A DNA stretch of 64,000 bases from Tubiluchus corallicola (taxonomy: Eukaryota > Animalia > Priapulida): NCBI GenBank assembly GCA_030141605.1, contig JAQGDQ010000036.1, positions 124,001 to 188,000 on the forward strand, given 5' to 3'. Of the stretch, positions 1-12,974 are shown piece by piece. Position 1 is the first letter of the stretch. Each line of letters opens with the position of its first letter. The position numbers were made by a program, and so were the translations under genes. The notes beneath the pieces were generated by a model. It did no database searches and was not told where the DNA came from. It saw nothing but the letters and a program-made list of their open reading frames with translations.

Positions 1-1004
1 TGTGGCATGATTCACCAAACTGCACGCTCAAATGATGCTCAGTTCTGACTTTTCATGGTTCCTTTCAAGTGGTATGGCTTCATAAATTCAATAAATGTAG
101 ATTTATACCACTAACTGGTAGTTTCAACAAGTAATATTGAAACTAAGAAATTATATAAATTATTTACGTGTTTGTTTAATGTGGTATTTGTGGAACTGGC
201 TAATTCTTTATTATTAAAGTCTAATAATTATAACAAAGACTTCAAAAAATGCCTCGTGTCGTGAACATCATAATTATTGATAAAAAACAAGACAAGAAAT
301 CTTTCCGAATTGCAAACAGCCTCACGATGCCATAATCCTACAGTATTTAGTTCAGCAGCCAGAAAATCTAGTTTAGAAAAAGTATCTAGACTAACAGGCT
401 TTCACCCACACACATGCCTAGCAGCATGCCAGCAACAAATTCATTAACTGCCCTGTGGATGCGGTTCTCTCAATGACAAAGCATTTGCTTTTGTCCTTGT
501 TCATGCAGTAACAATAAGTGTATTCCTTATTTCCCTGTGGTGTCTCCCTGCACTGAGTGTGCCTATTTTACTATGATAAGTTAAATGTAAAATAAATGTG
601 ACAGTAATCTTCTTGCTATGAAGTTTAAAATAATTGTTAGAAAGAATAGTTATACATAGGGCCTACTGACCAAGAAGCAATATCTACTTGGGCGATATTC
701 AGATAGGAAAGATACTAGTAGCATACATAGTAAAATAACATAACACAAAAAAATGACAAATTATTTTTTGTAAATTGTTCCAACATTACAGCAAAGATAT
801 CTCATCAGAAGTGCCACACTAATACACTCTATGTCCGCAAAAAGCTAATCATGCATTTACTTGAAAGTACTTTTTACTTTAAGACATTTTAAAAATATCA
901 CGACGTAGTTAAGGTTAATAAAATTCCAATAAACAAATTTAAGCGATGAATAATGGCTCATTTTTATTCATATGCCTCAAAAAACTAAAATAAAGTAAAT
1001 GTTG

Positions 1005-1118
1005 TTTTCGAATATTATTAATGTTTCAAGTTCGGGGCTGGGATTGGGTTCGAGACGTGATGACAGTGAATGTTCGGGGTTTGACAAAAGTTCGGGATGG
1101 AGGCTCGGATTTCGAGAT
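1005..1118. repeat. Cluster of GTTCGG/TTCGA motifs, probable DNA-transposon subterminal remnant
   Basis: GTTCGGG three times plus TTCGA three times in ~110 bp of an otherwise AT-rich, CpG-poor intron. Confidence 0.4.
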
Positions 1119-1164
1119 CATAACTTAATAGCTGTACTTATTTGACACATATAATTGTACTTAC

Positions 1165-1444
1165 TTGCATATTGGATTAGTGTAAGCTCGAGTGTTGCAT
1201 GGTTTAATCTGCAGCATGCAAGCGATTGCTTTCCATAATTGTGGTTCACATTTATTTATATCCAAGACTGGAATATTCATCAAAAGCATGCGGTGATTTA
1301 TAGTTCCGTTCTTCCACAGCATGATGTCATTTCTTGCAGCTGCATCTGCGCGTTGATTGCAGGATCTAAACAGCTCTGTTGGTCTGTCATTAAAGTTTGT
1401 GCAGTATGAAAGCCCGCTACATCCTGGCTCACACGGCTCTTCAA
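1165..1444 (-). CDS. RECK: RECK exon, 280 bp, Fz-CRD-like region (VEEPCEPGCSGLSYCTNFNDRPTELFRSCNQRAD...WKAIACMLQIKPCNTRAYTNPICK)
   Basis: Acceptor atttctag, donor gtaagt; phase 1 to 2; strongly similar to vertebrate CTNFNNRPTELFRSCN and WKAIACSLQIKPC. Confidence 0.97.
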
Positions 1445-1830
1445 CTAGAAATAATGAAACATTATTAAACTAACAGAAACACAATAAATCTAAAGCAGTA
1501 CAATGGTTGATTAAAAAATAACTAAGCATTTCTTAACTTGCACTCCCCTACCACCATCGTATACAAACAGCACGATGAGATTACCTAATAAAACAAATAT
1601 ATAGCTAACTTAATAAACATGTGAAGGCTAAAATTAGGCAATTAATGACAATACAAGTGTAACAAATGAGAAGTTAGATCCATGCAAATTTGACTTGCTT
1701 CAAAGTAGTTGTCATATAGATATGAATACCATATACATACATACATGAATAGATATCATGACTTATGCTATTTATGTATATGGTATGTTAACATTTATCA
1801 TTTAACATCTACCTTACAACTACAGCTTAC

Positions 1831-1927
1831 CATCGGCCAAACAGCTGATGAGTGGTAATTCTGATGGCTGGTATCGACAATGAAGCTCAAACTTCTGCCA
1901 AGTTTGAGTAAAATCTGTGCTAAATGT
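1831..1927 (-). CDS. RECK: RECK exon, 97 bp (TFSTDFTQTWQKFELHCRYQPSELPLISCLAD)
   Basis: Acceptor tgtgttttcag, donor gtaag; phase 0 to 1; corresponds to vertebrate WQEFDRFCEYNPVE..MLTCLAD. Confidence 0.95.
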
Positions 1928-2066
1928 CTGAAAACACAAGAATCTGCTGATAAATTGCAATAATATTTGAGAAAATATATCGTATACGAGAACTGCATAA
2001 TAAATTTAATATACACAGTATTTTTTTGATTGTATTTTAACAAAGTAATGACAGAACTTTAGTTAC

Positions 2067-2243
2067 CTTTGTGCACAAGTTCCTACATTTTGCAGTCACA
2101 GCCTTTTTACAGCACTGTAACTTGGCGGCATCAAGACCAGTAGTATCGATAGTTGAAACCCTCTCGTGGTGTTTGCTTCTCCGACCATTTTCTTTTGTTC
2201 CAGATGAAGCAGAATTCCAGAGGAAACACTGCCACAACGGATC
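2067..2243 (-). CDS. RECK: RECK exon, 177 bp, end of CC4, linker and start of CC5 (DPLWQCFLWNS...TGLDAAKLQCCKKAVTAKCRNLCTK)
   Basis: Acceptor tttttag, donor AAG|gtaac; phase 0-0; overlaps the 2037..2237 ORF of the track. Confidence 0.96.
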
Positions 2244-2425
2244 CTAAAAAACGAAAAGTACCCATAGAAAAATACCAGTTGTTCAACAAAAAAAATCAGA
2301 TAATTATAGTGAGTTTTTTTAAAAATAAAATGGTCTTCTTATTTTGATAGAAAACTCGCTTCAATAATTACTCCAGAATTTGCAATTGCAATGTCTAAGC
2401 AACATCATACTATGCAAACACCAAC

Positions 2426-2562
2426 CTGTGGTAACTTGAATGGAAGGTCACATGCAGCTACCAAACCATCCATGATTTCTTGTTCTGTTGTAAAGTTACG
2501 CAGTACAATGCGGCATGTTTCCTTGCACTTTATATTGTTGGATTCTTCACAGCAATGTATAC
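2426..2562 (-). CDS. RECK: RECK exon, 137 bp, CC4 (SIHCCEESNNIKCKETCRIVLRNFTTEQEIMDGLVAACDLPFKLPQ)
   Basis: Acceptor gcaatgcag, donor CAG|gttgg; phase 1 to 0; TEQEIMDGL corresponds to vertebrate TEMEIVDGL. Confidence 0.94.
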
Positions 2563-2669
2563 CTGCATTGCAAGAATTCAAATGAACATTGGTAGACCAA
2601 TCAAACCTTTAACAATAAACTGCTAGAAAATAGAAAATAAGCTGGAACGATAAGCTCATTTCTACATAC

Positions 2670-2864
2670 TTTCCATCGGGTTAGATGTTGATTTAACTTT
2701 GGAGTGGTTCTCCACACAACGAACCACCCTTCCATTATGGCGGCCTGTGCAATGGTCTCTGACAGCTTTGTGTTGCATACGGGTGGGTTTTGGGATGTCA
2801 AAAATGGCTTGGCAAGCTTCCTCACATTCCTCAGAATTTGCATGGCTGCAGCATCGATTCCCAT
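2670..2864 (-). CDS. RECK: RECK exon, 195 bp, CC3 (DGNRCCSHANSEECEEACQAIF...RCVENHSKVKSTSNPME)
   Basis: Acceptor ttcttcaatag, donor gtatg; phase 1-1; CC..C..CQAIF motif. Confidence 0.94.
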
Positions 2865-3439
2865 CTATTGAAGAAATGAAATAGTAGAATGGAGGCTGAG
2901 TCTAAAATATTAACATGAAAAAGATAATGCAAGAAATCCAACCCACACATCCTGCATATTTTCCATAAACAAAACCTATTTAGCGCTTCAAGTTACTAGA
3001 TTAGATACATATAGTTACTACATTTATTCACAATCTCAATCAACAGAATCCATTGCATTAATGAAGAAGACACAACTTTTACCAAAGATGGCCCAAGTAA
3101 TTATCAATACAAGCTGGTTGTAGAGTTATCAATTTGCTAATCTTAGCGCCTCCCCTGTAGTAGATGGAGGTAAGACAGGGTTACTCTGGCTTCACTGTCA
3201 TTGTCAAGTGCCCAATCTATTTGGGTAGAATTAAATAGATAATGCAAAATTAGGAGTATATCGCAAAAATCTAAAAAAATTGACTGAAGGCTGGTTAAAG
3301 GCTAGTTTTATTTCTAACCTTACAGAAAAATAGGAAAACTAGTTTTTATTACAACACTCTACACCAAGAAAAGATTGCTAGAACTACACAAATAACACAA
3401 ATTATAGTAAAAAATGAAATATAAGCAAAAAATTCATAC

Positions 3440-3521
3440 CCTCCTGCCTGCGCAAACACTTGTAGAAATTTGGCTCATGACTTTGACGACAATGACCATG
3501 CAAATCGCTTTTTGACATCGC
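3440..3521 (-). CDS. RECK: RECK exon, 82 bp (AMSKSDLHGHCRQSHEPNFYKCLRRQE)
   Basis: Acceptor gtttttgtag, donor gtatg; phase 0 to 1; corresponds to vertebrate ASSKNDISKVCRKEYE..FSC. Confidence 0.92.
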
Positions 3522-6500
3522 CTACAAAAACAGACCAAATTCGTTGAAATAATATACTGCTGCATTTTGAGTCAAATATGCCATTTTTGCATTTAGCTAT
3601 TTTCAGCTAGCTCCTTAAATAGGCCTGCAAAAATAAGTTGTTACATAACTCATAACGGTAACGGAATACTCGTGGAGATTTTAATGAACAGAAACAACTA
3701 GTCTAATCTCATTAGGGACTATAATTCTGAAGAATTTATTAATTTAGTAGAAGACTGATTCTCAGTTACACGTCCTCGTTAAAGTTCCTGTTACGTTCAA
3801 ACAAAAGGCTTATCAAGAGTCCATAACTGCAAGATTATGAAACAGCTAATAACTAAACAGATTTTGACCAATGAGTGAAAACAAAGTATCTTATAACTCA
3901 CAACAAGACTTGCATGTTTTCCACGCCTGTAAGTTGTTTAGCATGACCTGGGCAAAACCACAGGCCTACAATTAAAGTAGAAGTTTATAGTATAGGTGGT
4001 TAGCCTCTAGTTAGTGAACTCCAGTGACAATTTAACACTTTACCCGTCAGGTATACGTCATGGAAATATTGAATATGGAATGCTGAAATCCATAAAAATC
4101 AGAAATGATTAGTCCACAAAATATCAAGACGAGTACCAACAATGAAACCTGCCTATCACAGACTGACTGAAATGATGACAGAAATGTAGTTCAACACAGT
4201 CGATAAAGTGCAAAGTCCAAATAATCGACTTACAAAGCCATCTCGGGTTGACAAGTGAGCGAGACGAAATGTTCCAAGAAAATAAATTTTTAGAATTTGT
4301 TTTAGTCAAGCAAAAAGTATCCTGGAAGCGACAGTCGTAACACTTTGAATACTTTTATCAAAAAGGCCATTTGTTGTAGTATCAATATGTATGGTTCTAC
4401 TAACGTAGAACACATCTTGAACATGAGAACCAGATAGGCTGCTACAGAATTGTATTAACCCTGTTGAAGGATCCCAAAACTACCAGTTACAGAATTGTCA
4501 AGACAACTACAAACACTCTGTCCAGCAGTTCACGGTTAATCTAATAGCCTCAGTAGTCTAACAAGCAGACCACAGCATCAAAAATACGTTCAAAATTTTA
4601 TCAGAGGCTTGAATCACATAGGTGCAATTTTTGAATCAGCCATTCCACTAACAAGACATTATATTACGCAATAATAACTCTACAAAAAACAACGTGTTAC
4701 TACAACAAAATACAAAACTAGTTTTATAATATCCTGGTGGATACCTATTGGAGCTCTTTCAATACCAAAATATCTAGCCAAAATTATTTACGAGCAACCT
4801 GGACAGTTTTATGTGACACAAACTGGCTCTTCTAAATACACTCATTGTCAGGGTTTGCAAAGGGAGACGTTAACATCTGCTCCACAACAAAGACTGTGTC
4901 GAAAAAGAATACAAATATCAGCATATACGAGGACCAAATATTGGAAAAATCCACTTTCGGAGCCAACTCCATTTCAAATGAGTGATTCAGGTGGGTCATG
5001 GGGAACATGCATTAACTAAAAACGTTTGCCGTCAAGCTGTTGGGGAAGTGGATATTCCCAACTGATATTATCTAGCAGAGAATGCCCACTCCGCTAGCTC
5101 GTTGAAGTTGACGGCGCGGACAGACAGTAACTAAAATAGCACTGTATACTAGTCCTGTCTATCATCAATACTAGGCTTTACGACCTTCTAGTGTTGTAAT
5201 ATCATTCTGCACGTGACTTTAGTGTCTTACTCATATCTTCGCCATTTATTCTGCAGATTCCCTTGACTTCAACAACCTCCACTAAGAAAACGCAATGTTT
5301 TTTACCTGACACTACAAAACAAAAGTAGTAAAGTGCAAGGTAGTATAAGCATGCACTGAAAAAACTTTGCTCAATTTATTTGCAAGCATTTAGGAATTCC
5401 AAAGATTGTACGTAGTCACACATTATAAGCCACTTGCAAGGCTAGTTTATTTTCACGAAAGTGTGATAATCTTTGTCAAAACAAGCTGGGCAAAACATCA
5501 GATATGGCTTTCTAGAGGAGAACTGTTGTAAAAGCAAATTGTAAACGACTAAAATACTAAACACAAATAAAATGGTTTGGCTGTGCAAGCCGCTTATTTG
5601 ACAAACGCGTGTTTTGTAAAGATAAATCCAACAAGCCACAGTGCAAGATATGAGACCAGCAAGAACAGCGAGGATCTAGACGGGATTAACTATAAACTAA
5701 CAAGCAGCGAAAATTTTCAAATCGCATGTTAAGCAAGAAGCTTCCTATAAGCCTGCAGTAATCCGCAAAAGGCAAAAGTTTGATAAGCGTGTGGCTCTCG
5801 AAACTTCAAGACGGTTTTCATTTGAAAAGGACACTTGGTTTCTAAATCAACAGCTGTGAAGGATTTGCTCCAGTTTTTGCTAAATATAACTATAGTAATC
5901 GAAATACCTATACTCAGTATTACGGATTAAATGAAGTATAATTACCACCGTATAATACTACACATGGATATTGCTCTGCACATACAAAAGCTACATGTAG
6001 ATAGGTATACCTTTAATAGGAATGTAATTTAATTTTTATAACAAAATAATTAATTGCCTCAGTGAACATCACATATCATTTTAAATATTTTATTGTGTCA
6101 GTTATTTTATTTCGATTTAGTCGCGACGCAAAGTCAACAAAGGTTGCACTGAAACTTTTTCATGTTTAACAGGAAAAAGTACTTAAGTTAGGACTCATTC
6201 ATAACCATATAATATGTAAATCTTAATCCAATAATCTCTAGACGGCAGTTGAATGTTACAAATAATATATGTATACTAGGTTAAGTGGCTTCTAAAATGC
6301 TCCATCCAGTGCGTCTATCTTCTTCACAAAAGAACTAAAAAATTTCCATTAGATAGTTTCTTTCATAAAAAAATAAACACGATTTCCAAGATTTATTTAC
6401 ATGATTTCTTTTATAATAATGTACAATTAGATTGTTTTGGCAAGCTTGCCTCTTGCCGCTTAGAGTATACGCTGCACTCACTCAGTTAAGTTAGCAGATG

Positions 6501-9326
6501 CTTTTACGTAACTTAATTCGCCGCCAACCAAATTTACCCGAGACGAAAGATGCTTATTGAAAAACTGAAAGATAGAAAGCGGATTATTTTTAATTGCACG
6601 CATTAGGTCAAGAACCCAATTACGGTAATAGCGCGTCAGAGATGGTATCTTACAGCGTAATAATCCTTAATATCAGATCGGAATGTTGCGCTGTCAAAGA
6701 AATTTCTTTTTCATACGATGTATATACATCCATAGGGATAGGTTTTCACTGAAATTTATTTTGCCATTAGACCTAAGTACGTTACCAAAGAACTATATCA
6801 TATTAACATATAAAATGGAGTGTCTAACGGAGAAACCTACACCGAAATGACTTAGATCTGATTACTATACATTGTATACATACAAAGCTAAACGATATTA
6901 CTTGTCTGAATTTACAAACTATCATTGAAGTACATTCCTGTTTAACTGTAGACTAAACTTACTCAATAAACTGACGAATTTTCTTCTGTGAAACGTATGT
7001 GACTAATATTTCGTCCAAAAACCTAAATTCCAGTCTTACAGCCGTTATTCATCCGATTTGTTATGTAACATTATTTTTTAATGTCACGATATTTTTTACG
7101 TAATAAGTTTAACTGTTAACAAATTCAATCAACTGTGAAAATTGCAGGCTAGAGCAATTAGCTAATTGTGCGAAATCAACACCAACAGAAAGAACACAAC
7201 TATCACACCATACAGCATAAACTGACTTCGCTAACTTTCCTAAGCATTTAGCAAATTACTTTGTCTGTTTAATTCATTTAATATACATTATGTTCGGCAT
7301 TATCTTTCCTCTTAGTTATACAGTTTATAGACACCACTCCACCTCGAAACGCAACAATGATAACTCCAACAAACGCACGCGTAAAAGTACAACGCAATAG
7401 ATGGCGTAAATTACAGGAACTAGTTAAATGGTCGCAGTGCGTAATTAGTCACAGAAGTTAAGTAACATTCGGGCTAGACAAGAAAGGGATTTTATCTGCT
7501 TCGGGACGGATTTCATGTACCATACTGTCCCTGGTTGTTCACTTGTTGAGAAGGGCACGATCGTTCATTACCTAATCTTAAAAAGTTACCAACTAACTTT
7601 TAGTCCACCCATAGCAATCAACACCAACTAGGCCTTGCTAAAGAATGATAGATCCAACTTGCAGTGTACTGAACTAAATAAAAAATTTCACATGCGATAC
7701 TTTTACAGGCCGAAAATCCTCTTAGTCATCAGCTAGAATAGACTTGCAGCTTCCCCCGGAGATGAAAACGGCAATAAATTATTGATAGTTGCTGACGCTT
7801 CTCTGAGTATACTAAGGAAGACGACTCCCGCGATAGTAGTTTGCTGCTAGCTAATGTAAATGTGTATAAGAACTTTGCATTTTAAATTTCGCTTGCATCT
7901 ACGGGACAGACAAAAGTAGAAAAATTATTTCTCAGTGCAGTTCAGCAAGAAATATGTACAAAAATATAGTTTATGGTGACTACAGAGGTCTAATTTATAG
8001 ATAATAAAAAATTAATATAACCCTCAAAAATCATAAATATATTGTAGATGCATTAAACATGATCTTCCAAGCATTCATCGAATTTACGCAGTTAATACGA
8101 ATGGTAATACGAATACGTAGAATGAATAAATAGGCCTACTTATGAATAAATAAATGTACAAGTTAAAAACAATTTGTCATTGAAATGAGTCTAGTAAAAT
8201 AATACGAGTTATTTCATTTTTGCTTCTGTTTTTTAACATAAATAAATGTGTAACGATACGCGCAATGGTACAAATTAATGTAGGCCATATGCATTTCCAA
8301 CTTTACATCAAATCATTTTAAATTGCAGTTCGTGTAACATTTGTTTAGCCACTACTGTATATCACACTGAAACTAGTTCAGCAAATTTCAAACATGTGTA
8401 AAATGTATTTAGCTATCTGGTTTCAGAGGAAGATGCGGCCGTTCCTAGTGAAGCCATGCTTTGCCTCCTCAAACAAGAGTAATTAGTATTAACAAGGAAC
8501 TCATTATCTGCTCCAACTTAGAAACAACGTTAATCCTAGAGAGTTTTGCAAGACATGCGAGATAAAACGACCTACATCTGGTAAACGTCAAGTAGCTGGC
8601 TACTGTTGGTTGTTCTTCATTTGAGGAATCGTCTAAACTTGGTTATGATTAAACGCAGCAGCATACATGCAGCAACTACCCAAGCAGTTCAGATGTTTGT
8701 AAAATACGTTACGATACTACTTAGCGGCTTAGCCTATCAAGACTACAGTCAAAGAGCCCAAGAGTCCTTGCAAGTAGCTTTAAAAAAAATTATTTGTTAG
8801 AAAAAAGAAAATTTATTTTTGCTACTTTCGTAAACACAGCAGCTCGAACGAGCAGTTACTGTTTTAGTTTACGAGAAAAACAAATGGAATTAAAAATAAA
8901 ATATCCAAACTAAAAAATACGAACTAATAACAACAACTGGGAAAAACGAGATGAAGTTGGTTTTGAAAATAAAGTATATCAGTAGAAACCTTGCACTTCT
9001 GGTCATAACAATAACAATCTGAGCAAGATGCATGTTGTTAAATACGAACGATTACAAAACAGCACTATACACATACAAATTTCTAAACAAGTTAGGCGAT
9101 TTGAAACATTGGGTGATTTCTAACATCTAAAATTCCGCCAAAATAAACTGATTTTCATATAATATTCATTTTTTCTACAGAATATATCAAATGTGCATGT
9201 AACAAAGTCTTCTGCCTACAGAAGGAAGAAGTTATAGCTGAGGCGTTGAATTATTTGCATATGAAATTGAGCGCGCAGAATATTTCATGAATCACACTGA
9301 AAAGCCACTGAAAACAGTTTCAATTA

Positions 9327-9400
9327 CCGAAATGAATTAAGGGATGATTGGCCAGAGAACTGGCCGAAATGAATTAAGGGCATGATTGGCCAGAGAACTG
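9327..9400. repeat. Tandem duplication of a ~37-bp unit
   Basis: CCGAAATGAATTAAGGG(C)ATGATTGGCCAGAGAACTG occurs twice head to tail. Confidence 0.9.
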
Positions 9401-12400
9401 ACCCACTATTAATGTTTCAAAACTCAGATCCGCAAAGCCAAAAATTTTTGGAAATAATTTTTGCCCATGGAAGACATGGAGATAAGAAAGACTTAATATT
9501 AAAATGTTTCCTGCCAACTTCTTTAACAGAATTGCTAAATATTTCTTATCAACTCCTGGAATATTCAAAAAGCTATTGAAACGGTCATAACATAGTATTA
9601 ACGTCTTCAAGCGATTAAGAGATTTCAGTCTACACGATTCATCAAATAAAACTCACAAAACTTAGTAAATTACATTTACATAAAAGCTCGTTCCAATTCC
9701 AACTAAAGTGGTAACAGTGTGATAAGGGTTCAGCCGATAAAGTGAAGTTCTTATATAGATAAGCAGTATTAACTATGCAGTATCTAGCATGTTATTGCGC
9801 AAATGTGTTACGCGCGTACTATTTAAAAGTATACTTGGAAAAATTTTGCTTGGACTTGCAAAAATGTTTTAACGTTTAACCCATTAAGCGCCTCATGATA
9901 ATAGTCTGTCTGCGTATAAGAAAACTGGCATAAACAAATCAATGGACGGCAAATGTCTGAGGAGAAAAACCTCATTATCTGTTAGATACTTGGCAGGGTA
10001 AGATAATAATTACATCGCTTCCAGATTTCTTATGGAACAAAAGCTCAATTTGGCTTTGGTTGTTGAGCCGAGTTCTGTGTTGAGTTCTTCTACCATTTAA
10101 GATCAATAAAAACAGCCTCTGATTAATGACTTAGCTTTCTGTGGACAGCAGGCGGAACGAGAAAACAGTCGATGTCCAGCAAATTACGATTTCCACATTT
10201 TCACCTCTGCCGGTTGAATATTTTGTCTTAGAATTATCTCTGATAACAAACTAGATACCTGTCCCACCACAACCGTCAATTATAATAAGCAAACCCTATT
10301 CATACCATCTTTCTGTGTAAATGCATAACTGCACAATAGAGCCTTTTCAATGAAACAAAGCGTCATGAACCCCGTTTTAGATTCATTGGCAAAATTTTTA
10401 GATTTAAGTCATTTGCTCACACACCCAGATTACGGTATTTAGCACTGGTTATCTGTAGCGCATAATGTTCCATACGTGGGCGGAACCGTTTCAATAGCTT
10501 TTAATAGAAACTGTCCATAATTTACCACCGTTTTCTATGTTAGCACTGTATAATAATAGTCCCTAAATAGTTTTACTTGGGCGAGTTGTGACTATTACGA
10601 TTTATAGAATGTGGGCTGCAGTGTTCAAAATTTGCTGCGCACAGTGTTTAAAAACTGTTTGTACTGTGCTAATTGGATGTGAATTATTTTCTTCTGCGTT
10701 TTTTGTAAATTAAAGGTTTAAATCACTAATCAGTGTTACTGTGCTGTATGCTGTATATATAATTATTACGTGCTCTGTATTATCGGAGATTTCAGCTTTC
10801 AGAAGCATTTAAAAACTTCGAAGCATAACACTTACTGTATGGTGGATTTTTTTTGTAATTAAACAAAGCATCCGTTTCCCAAATTACTGACTCTTAAACG
10901 TCTGATGCTTAAAAGGTTAGAACAGAGGAATATTCTTGACATATACAAGCATATATCAAAGGGCGAATTTTTACCACATACTTTAATAGAATTTATTTCG
11001 CATATTGAAAACACCAAAATTTTAAAACTCTGCGAGCTTACATAAAACTGGTGGCAATAACATAACCGTGTTCAGCGCTAATGGTAAATATTTTTGAGCA
11101 TGAAAAATGATCAAATATCTCTTTAAGAGAACGATGCTGCAAATTGCACGGCGAAAAATGTGGAAACATTTTTCAAGTTGTTTGTAACGCGCCCGCGTGT
11201 CTGTCTGTCGGCAACACCGGCTGTATTTTCTTCATAAAACTGTGACGAACACAGATGATGATTATATCCAACTCGCCCGACAAGTCATTAATATTAGGTA
11301 AAACAGGTAAATTTCAAAGGATTTGCAAAAGCAAATGATCGCGGCAAGGTGATTAGCACGGTTAATTGAATTCATAAAGGCAAGTGGACAAGAACAGATT
11401 TTCTCAGATATCGTCATCATATCGATAAGTCGCGTCCAACAGCGACTTCAACTGAAGTGCATACTTTCACGTATGCAGTTGCAAAAAGAATGCAGTGACG
11501 TGCTTTTGCAATGATCTGGTTCTGACCACTTGGATTTGGAATCTACACCTATCCTATTGACCACAAGCAACAAAAAATATTGTACATGTCGAAAACCAGA
11601 TGGTACCTCACTTGTCAATAGCCCTGTTCTCGGACAATTCTTCGTATTGTTTACAACAGAGAAAGCAGATGCATATTAAAAACGCCAAATAAAAGTCGAA
11701 CATCTGCACAACGAAAGGCCCAATAAACATGAATTTTAGTTTTCGCATAATATGTTTGACTGTTCATTTATCCTATTACTAGTACCACTCTTTTGCATGA
11801 CTTAAACGAAGTGGGGAATGAGCTACCAGTTTTCAAAACAAGTTTTTGAAAGCCACTTGCATAATCTAAAACAGGAAATTTGAAGAGGGTGAATGATTAA
11901 ACTCCTATAAGCTTCGAATAAAAAATATGGTCGCAGCTTTTAGCGTCTAAAAACATACTTTCAGCAGCAAATTCAGCTACAGTCTACAAGCGTCGATTAG
12001 ATTCAGAGGATTCAGCTATAGGTTGACGTTGAGAATGTGACAGTAATCTCTTAGCGAACACGAATTTAACGGATGAACCTAATTCCCGAGGTTATTCGAC
12101 GTTATCTGCAAGCAGTGACCACGGAAGAAGCGTCTCGAGAGATACTCGCGAAAATTCTTATAAAAATCTATCTAAACTGTAAGCAAAATCGGGATTTTCT
12201 GGGTACAAAAACGTCACCTTAATTATAAGAATGTTCTCGTTGTAGGTAATTAACACGGACGCTAAAATCTCGAAACTGTTAATTACATGTTGAACATAAT
12301 CGTGAACATTCTAATTTTCCGTCGATGAATTAAGTAGCGAATCTAGAGACTCAAACGTACTAAGAAATTTAAATTATCAGCGTGACAAGAGGAAAGTTGT

Positions 12401-12891
12401 CGTCGTTGATCATTTCATATAATTCACAGACGGACCAACAAACAATTTTCATGTTTAACACATTCTCTTACAACACATGTATGAAATTCGATTTACGCAA
12501 TAAACTCCCCTACACTGTGGTGCAGATTAACAACTTAATACATTAAGTTAACCTACTGTAGAAGATATGTAATTAAAACACCGCAAACTATTACCGTTGT
12601 AGGAGTAGTCTTGCGTACCTATTATTATTATGGTTATTAAATAAAGTTCTGTATCTTGATCTATAGTGGTTTTCCGAGGTTTTTGCCTGCTGCGACGTTA
12701 AAATGTCTGAATTCCTAGTTAAGCGCTGTGGTCTTACAGTTATTCAACTTATAATACAAAATGTTTAAACAAAAGATCATCTTTCTGCATGACGCGCGAT
12801 AATCAAAAATACAATATTCATTTTTCAAGCTCTATCTATATTGATAAAGCAACCGCTAAGTTTTTTTTTTTTAGTAGACTTGAGATCATAC

Positions 12892-12974
12892 CTGGACACA
12901 TGCCCTCTGGCAAGACGTTGAGATGACGTTGTCACAGCAAGGTCGTCCCCACCAAGTCGATGCTCTATCGACAG
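12892..12974 (-). CDS. RECK: RECK exon, 83 bp, start of CC2 (AVDRASTWWGRPCCDNVISTSCQRACVQ)
   Basis: Acceptor tttttatttgcag, donor CAG|gtatg; phase 1 to 0; WxGxxCC...C..AC pattern. Confidence 0.92.

Noticed and set aside
8415-8445. IWFQRKMRP, resembling homeodomain helix 3
   Set aside because: Lacks the invariant Asn (WFQN) and any upstream helix 1-2 exon.
9327-9400. 37-bp direct repeat as CRISPR-like
   Set aside because: Only two adjacent copies, no spacers, eukaryotic intron context.
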